From a virus: 64,000 nucleotides of DNA. Each line of letters opens with the position of its first letter. Within the stretch, counting starts at the first letter, position 1. A program made the position numbers and the translations under genes. Of this stretch, positions 61,059-64,000 are shown piece after piece. The notes beneath the pieces are model-generated. The model had not been told where the DNA came from. It searched no databases and saw only the letters and a program-made list of their open reading frames with translations. The DNA lies in the IMG/VR virus record IMGVR_UViG_3300025133_000030, positions 89,804 through 153,803 of that record, one strand, 5' to 3'.

Positions 61059-62807
61059 ATGGCACTACACAGGTTCGGCCCAGACGACATATTCAGAAAC
61101 ACAATACGAACTTACCCTGAGCAGGTTTTGTACGTCTATAAGGGCGTAACATATCGAGAAGGGGAGGTGAATTTAACTGGATCCGACAACATGGGCGCAT
61201 CAATTGCGACTGGCTTTATGCACAAACCTTCGGGCTCAGTCAGTCTATATGAGTTGAACATCGACCGCGCTCCACCTACTCATGCCGCAACCGCTCTGCT
61301 GCAGTTTACCGATAAACCACTCGACGGTCAGCAGATCACCATAATTTCTTCCGATGGAACGTCGCTGGCATATATGGCCAAAAACGCTGGCGAGGTTCTT
61401 GGTGATCGATCTTTTGACAATTCAGGGACAGTAAAAGCCGCAGCTCAATCCCTCAGGAATTGTATTGAACACGCTAGTGGTCATAACGGAAAAATTTTAG
61501 TGTCGGAGATACAACCACACGAACCCGATGATTATATAATAGTTTTAACTCAGCAAGTTCCCGGGTCAGATGGCAATAAGAATATTGTACACAATCTTGC
61601 AAATGTAAACGTAAAATCTGTAGCCTTCTTATCTGACTCAACTTTGGCGAATGTAGCCAGCTTCTCTAAGGGTAGCGACCCGGCCGAAACAAATTTGATA
61701 TACCCCTTTATAGAGGCCCCTCAACCCGGCCAGACCCGCCCAATATTCAAGACAGTGTCTAGGTCTGGAGGTGATACGAGCGATGGATATATTGGCTCAT
61801 ACCCACTTACTGCAAGTATAACAAGACAATACTACACAGATGATCGATCCACAAGAGAGAAATCAATAAGAAGGCGAGTAAACTCTTTGTGTGTGGCGTT
61901 GGATTCTTATAGTGTTTTTAGTCCGCATTTTGCGCACAATAGCGGATCTGCAGATGTCAAGTGGGACAAGAGCGTTCAAGAAATGTCTCTAATCAGTATA
62001 CCTTCTATATTTTATGGATCGTCAATAAGGAGAGGAAGTGTTAACCTAGACTTTATAATCGACGGTGTCACAGTTGCTCGACTTAACGACGAGAAAGAAA
62101 ACGGAGAATTAATACAAGTTTCTGGATCCAATGAGACCGGCTCTGTCGGCGGTGTGGTTTTGTACAATCATGGCTTTTTGATGTTGACAGGTAGTTGGGA
62201 TGTGTACGCCGCGAACGAAGGCGAGACGTATACTCTTGCAGATACTGACCTGAACGGTGCCCTAAATTCCGTGACCCCAGCATGGAAATACTTCGGAGCT
62301 GGATTGACTGAGGTTAACTTAGAGAGGAAAACTAAGAAAACAGGCCAAATAATTGATGGAGCAGACGAGGTGATTGAAGTCCCCACCGCCCCCAGAGAAC
62401 AAGAGATAGACGTGACTAGGCTTTCTTATTCTGGCTTGTCGGATGTATCGTTTAAAATATCCTTTCAAGGTACTCAAGAAATCAATACTATTACGATGTT
62501 GTCGCATGCCAAGCGAGGCAAAGTCAACCACTCAAATAACTCAACGTTCTTGCAATCTGGATCCTTCATGGATAACCCTCCGATTGCTGGATCCACTGCT
62601 TATATTGAATTTCCCGAAATGGTAATCAAAAACACTGTTTCTTCTTCATATGTCGACCCCACTGGGTCGTTCGAAAAACAGACTTTCATATCAAAGGTCG
62701 GAATTTTTGACAAAGACAAGAATCTTCTTGGCATAGCAAAAATGGCAACACCAGTTAAGAAAACTCAAAACAGGAATTTAACATTTAAGATCAAGATGGA
62801 TGTTTAA
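61059..62807 (+). CDS. Putative tail/baseplate structural protein carrying an inserted ~130-aa module
   Basis: C-terminal SKVGIFDKDKNLLGIAKMATPVKK; G.V.Y..G motif shared with the 59713 ORF; AGGAG RBS. Confidence 0.65.
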   Translation: MALHRFGPDDIFRNTIRTYPEQVLYVYKGVTYREGEVNLTGSDNMGASIATGFMHKPSGSVSLYELNIDRAPPTHAATALLQFTDKPLDGQQITIISSDGTSLAYMAKNAGEVLGDRSFDNSGTVKAAAQSLRNCIEHASGHNGKILVSEIQPHEPDDYIIVLTQQVPGSDGNKNIVHNLANVNVKSVAFLSDSTLANVASFSKGSDPAETNLIYPFIEAPQPGQTRPIFKTVSRSGGDTSDGYIGSYPLTASITRQYYTDDRSTREKSIRRRVNSLCVALDSYSVFSPHFAHNSGSADVKWDKSVQEMSLISIPSIFYGSSIRRGSVNLDFIIDGVTVARLNDEKENGELIQVSGSNETGSVGGVVLYNHGFLMLTGSWDVYAANEGETYTLADTDLNGALNSVTPAWKYFGAGLTEVNLERKTKKTGQIIDGADEVIEVPTAPREQEIDVTRLSYSGLSDVSFKISFQGTQEINTITMLSHAKRGKVNHSNNSTFLQSGSFMDNPPIAGSTAYIEFPEMVIKNTVSSSYVDPTGSFEKQTFISKVGIFDKDKNLLGIAKMATPVKKTQNRNLTFKIKMDV

Positions 62808-63430
62808 TGAAATTAGCTAAGAAGTATGAGTTGATGATTTTGAGACTATCTCTTCTTGAAAAAGAATACGGCTACGAAAAGGAAGCTTCAGACAAGGCTC
62901 AGGACGAGTTTCAAAAACACTTTCAATCAAAAATATCTAACATGACGACAGAAGAAAAGGAAGCGCTGGGGGTCCAAGAGCACAATGGAGTTTATAGGCA
63001 AAAACCAAAAGCCTCCAAGCAGCAACCAAAGACAGAACAGGAAAACGAACAAGTCCAGTCTGCAGCCAAAGAGAGGCCTGCAGTAGTCAAGAAAGTGTTC
63101 AAAGACATAGCCAAGAAAACTCACCCAGATATATTATCTGGAGATGATGTTAAAGCCGATAGAAAAAAAGAGTTATTCCGACAAGCACAAGCCGCCGCCG
63201 AAGAATCTAATATAGGCAAACTACACGAAATAGCTGTTGAGTTAGGTGTAGAATTACCAGATCCAGATGAGAAAACAATTGATCTTTTGCAGAAGTCTAT
63301 CTCTACCACAAATAAGAAAATAAAAGAATTAAAGAAAACTTTTATTTGGTTGTGGTATAATAGTCCAAACAAAGATCAAATAATGGAACGATTCATTGAA
63401 AGGCTTAAAAATGCTAACTCTCGGACTTGA
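62807..63430 (+). CDS. J-domain (DnaJ-like) co-chaperone protein
   Basis: VKKVFKDIAKKTHPD...ELFRQAQAA: HPD motif between helices; flanking coiled-coil segments. Confidence 0.75.
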   Translation: MKLAKKYELMILRLSLLEKEYGYEKEASDKAQDEFQKHFQSKISNMTTEEKEALGVQEHNGVYRQKPKASKQQPKTEQENEQVQSAAKERPAVVKKVFKDIAKKTHPDILSGDDVKADRKKELFRQAQAAAEESNIGKLHEIAVELGVELPDPDEKTIDLLQKSISTTNKKIKELKKTFIWLWYNSPNKDQIMERFIERLKNANSRT

Positions 63431-63944
63431 TATATCCACTAGTATAACAGGAGCAACCATATTAGATCCTGAAGGTAATATACTATTAACAGAGTCTTGG
63501 GATACAAGAAACAAGAATAAATTTCCCGATTTGTTCGGAAAAGCAGATTTTATCAGAAGTCGAATATTTGCCCTGTCACACAATTACTGTATAAAGAATG
63601 TTTTCATAGAACAGTCGTTACAATCGTTCAGATCTGGATTTTCTTCTGCTCAGACACTATCGACCCTATCTAGGTTTAACGGGATAGTGTCTTGGATTTG
63701 CTATAAAACACTCGGTCTCACTCCGGAATATGTAGCCGCCACTACAGCTAGAAAGCTGTGTGGAATAAAAGTCCCAAGGGGAACGAAAGCAAAAGAACAC
63801 GTTCTTCAGTTTGTACTTGACAATGTGCCCAACTTTGAGATACAATATACAAAGAATGGCAATCCGAAACCCGGTGCATACGACCGGTCAGATAGTTGGG
63901 TGATTGCCAAAGCGGGCCTGACCTTATGCAATCAAAAAAAATAA
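63411..63944 (+). CDS. RuvC-like Holliday junction resolvase (RNase H fold)
   Basis: LGLDISTSITG, VFIEQ and D.SDS acidic triad; ATG 63411 preferred over TTG 63396. Confidence 0.82.
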   Translation: MLTLGLDISTSITGATILDPEGNILLTESWDTRNKNKFPDLFGKADFIRSRIFALSHNYCIKNVFIEQSLQSFRSGFSSAQTLSTLSRFNGIVSWICYKTLGLTPEYVAATTARKLCGIKVPRGTKAKEHVLQFVLDNVPNFEIQYTKNGNPKPGAYDRSDSWVIAKAGLTLCNQKK

Positions 63945-64000
63945 AGATCCTTAGAGATTCTCTGGGATCCTTTTACAAATCGACTTCTGAGCTTTTGTTT
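63926..64000 (+). CDS. 5' end of the next gene, truncated by the window (possibly DNA primase)
   Basis: Open frame MQSKKIKILRDSLGSFYKSTSELLF runs to the window edge; primase guess rests only on the RuvC-adjacent position and a loose resemblance to sequence preceding a primase Zn finger. Confidence 0.35.
   Translation, partial: MQSKKIKILRDSLGSFYKSTSELLF

Noticed and set aside
22668-62807. Type VI secretion system or extracellular contractile injection system
   Set aside because: No TssJLM, ClpV or Afp-type ATPase; the gp6-like wedge and neighbouring phage transcription/replication genes indicate a phage tail.

Overview
A 64-kb segment of a large myovirus-like (contractile-tailed, jumbo-type) bacteriophage genome. 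It is gene-dense, almost entirely + strand, uses the standard code, and has Shine-Dalgarno sites, overlapping stop/start codons and sigma70-type promoters. Layout: (1) 1-4.3 kb accessory genes: a minus-strand lipoprotein trypsin-like protease, PIN-PhoH, an HExxH metallopeptidase and an Fe-S Cas4/AddB-like nuclease. (2) 4.3-20.9 kb, about 18 genes for glycan synthesis: five glycosyltransferase genes (GT4, GT4, GT4-like/GT-A fusion, GT-D-like, GT11), WecB, acetyl-, amino-, methyl- and carbamoyl-transferases, GDP-fucose synthase, other SDR epimerases, split HldE heptose enzymes and RmlB, with no export or polymerase genes. (3) 20.9-22.7 kb small genes including a gp55-like sigma factor. (4) 22.7-62.8 kb baseplate/tail module: M23 peptidase, spike-like protein, a 3836-aa giant, gp25, gp6/J, a 764-aa protein, a 3350-aa LamG protein and paralogous tail-fibre-attachment-like proteins. 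(5) A J-domain protein, a RuvC-like resolvase and the start of a further gene. Best candidate for a new system: phage-encoded virion O-glycosylation, in which the soluble glycan cluster would act on a TGS/SGS-type tripeptide that is strongly enriched in specific tail/baseplate proteins. Also notable: apparent absence of CCWGG, a ~120-aa plug-in module inserted up to four times in three virion proteins, and a candidate late promoter CTANTTA. All calls rest on motif recognition by eye; no database search was run.
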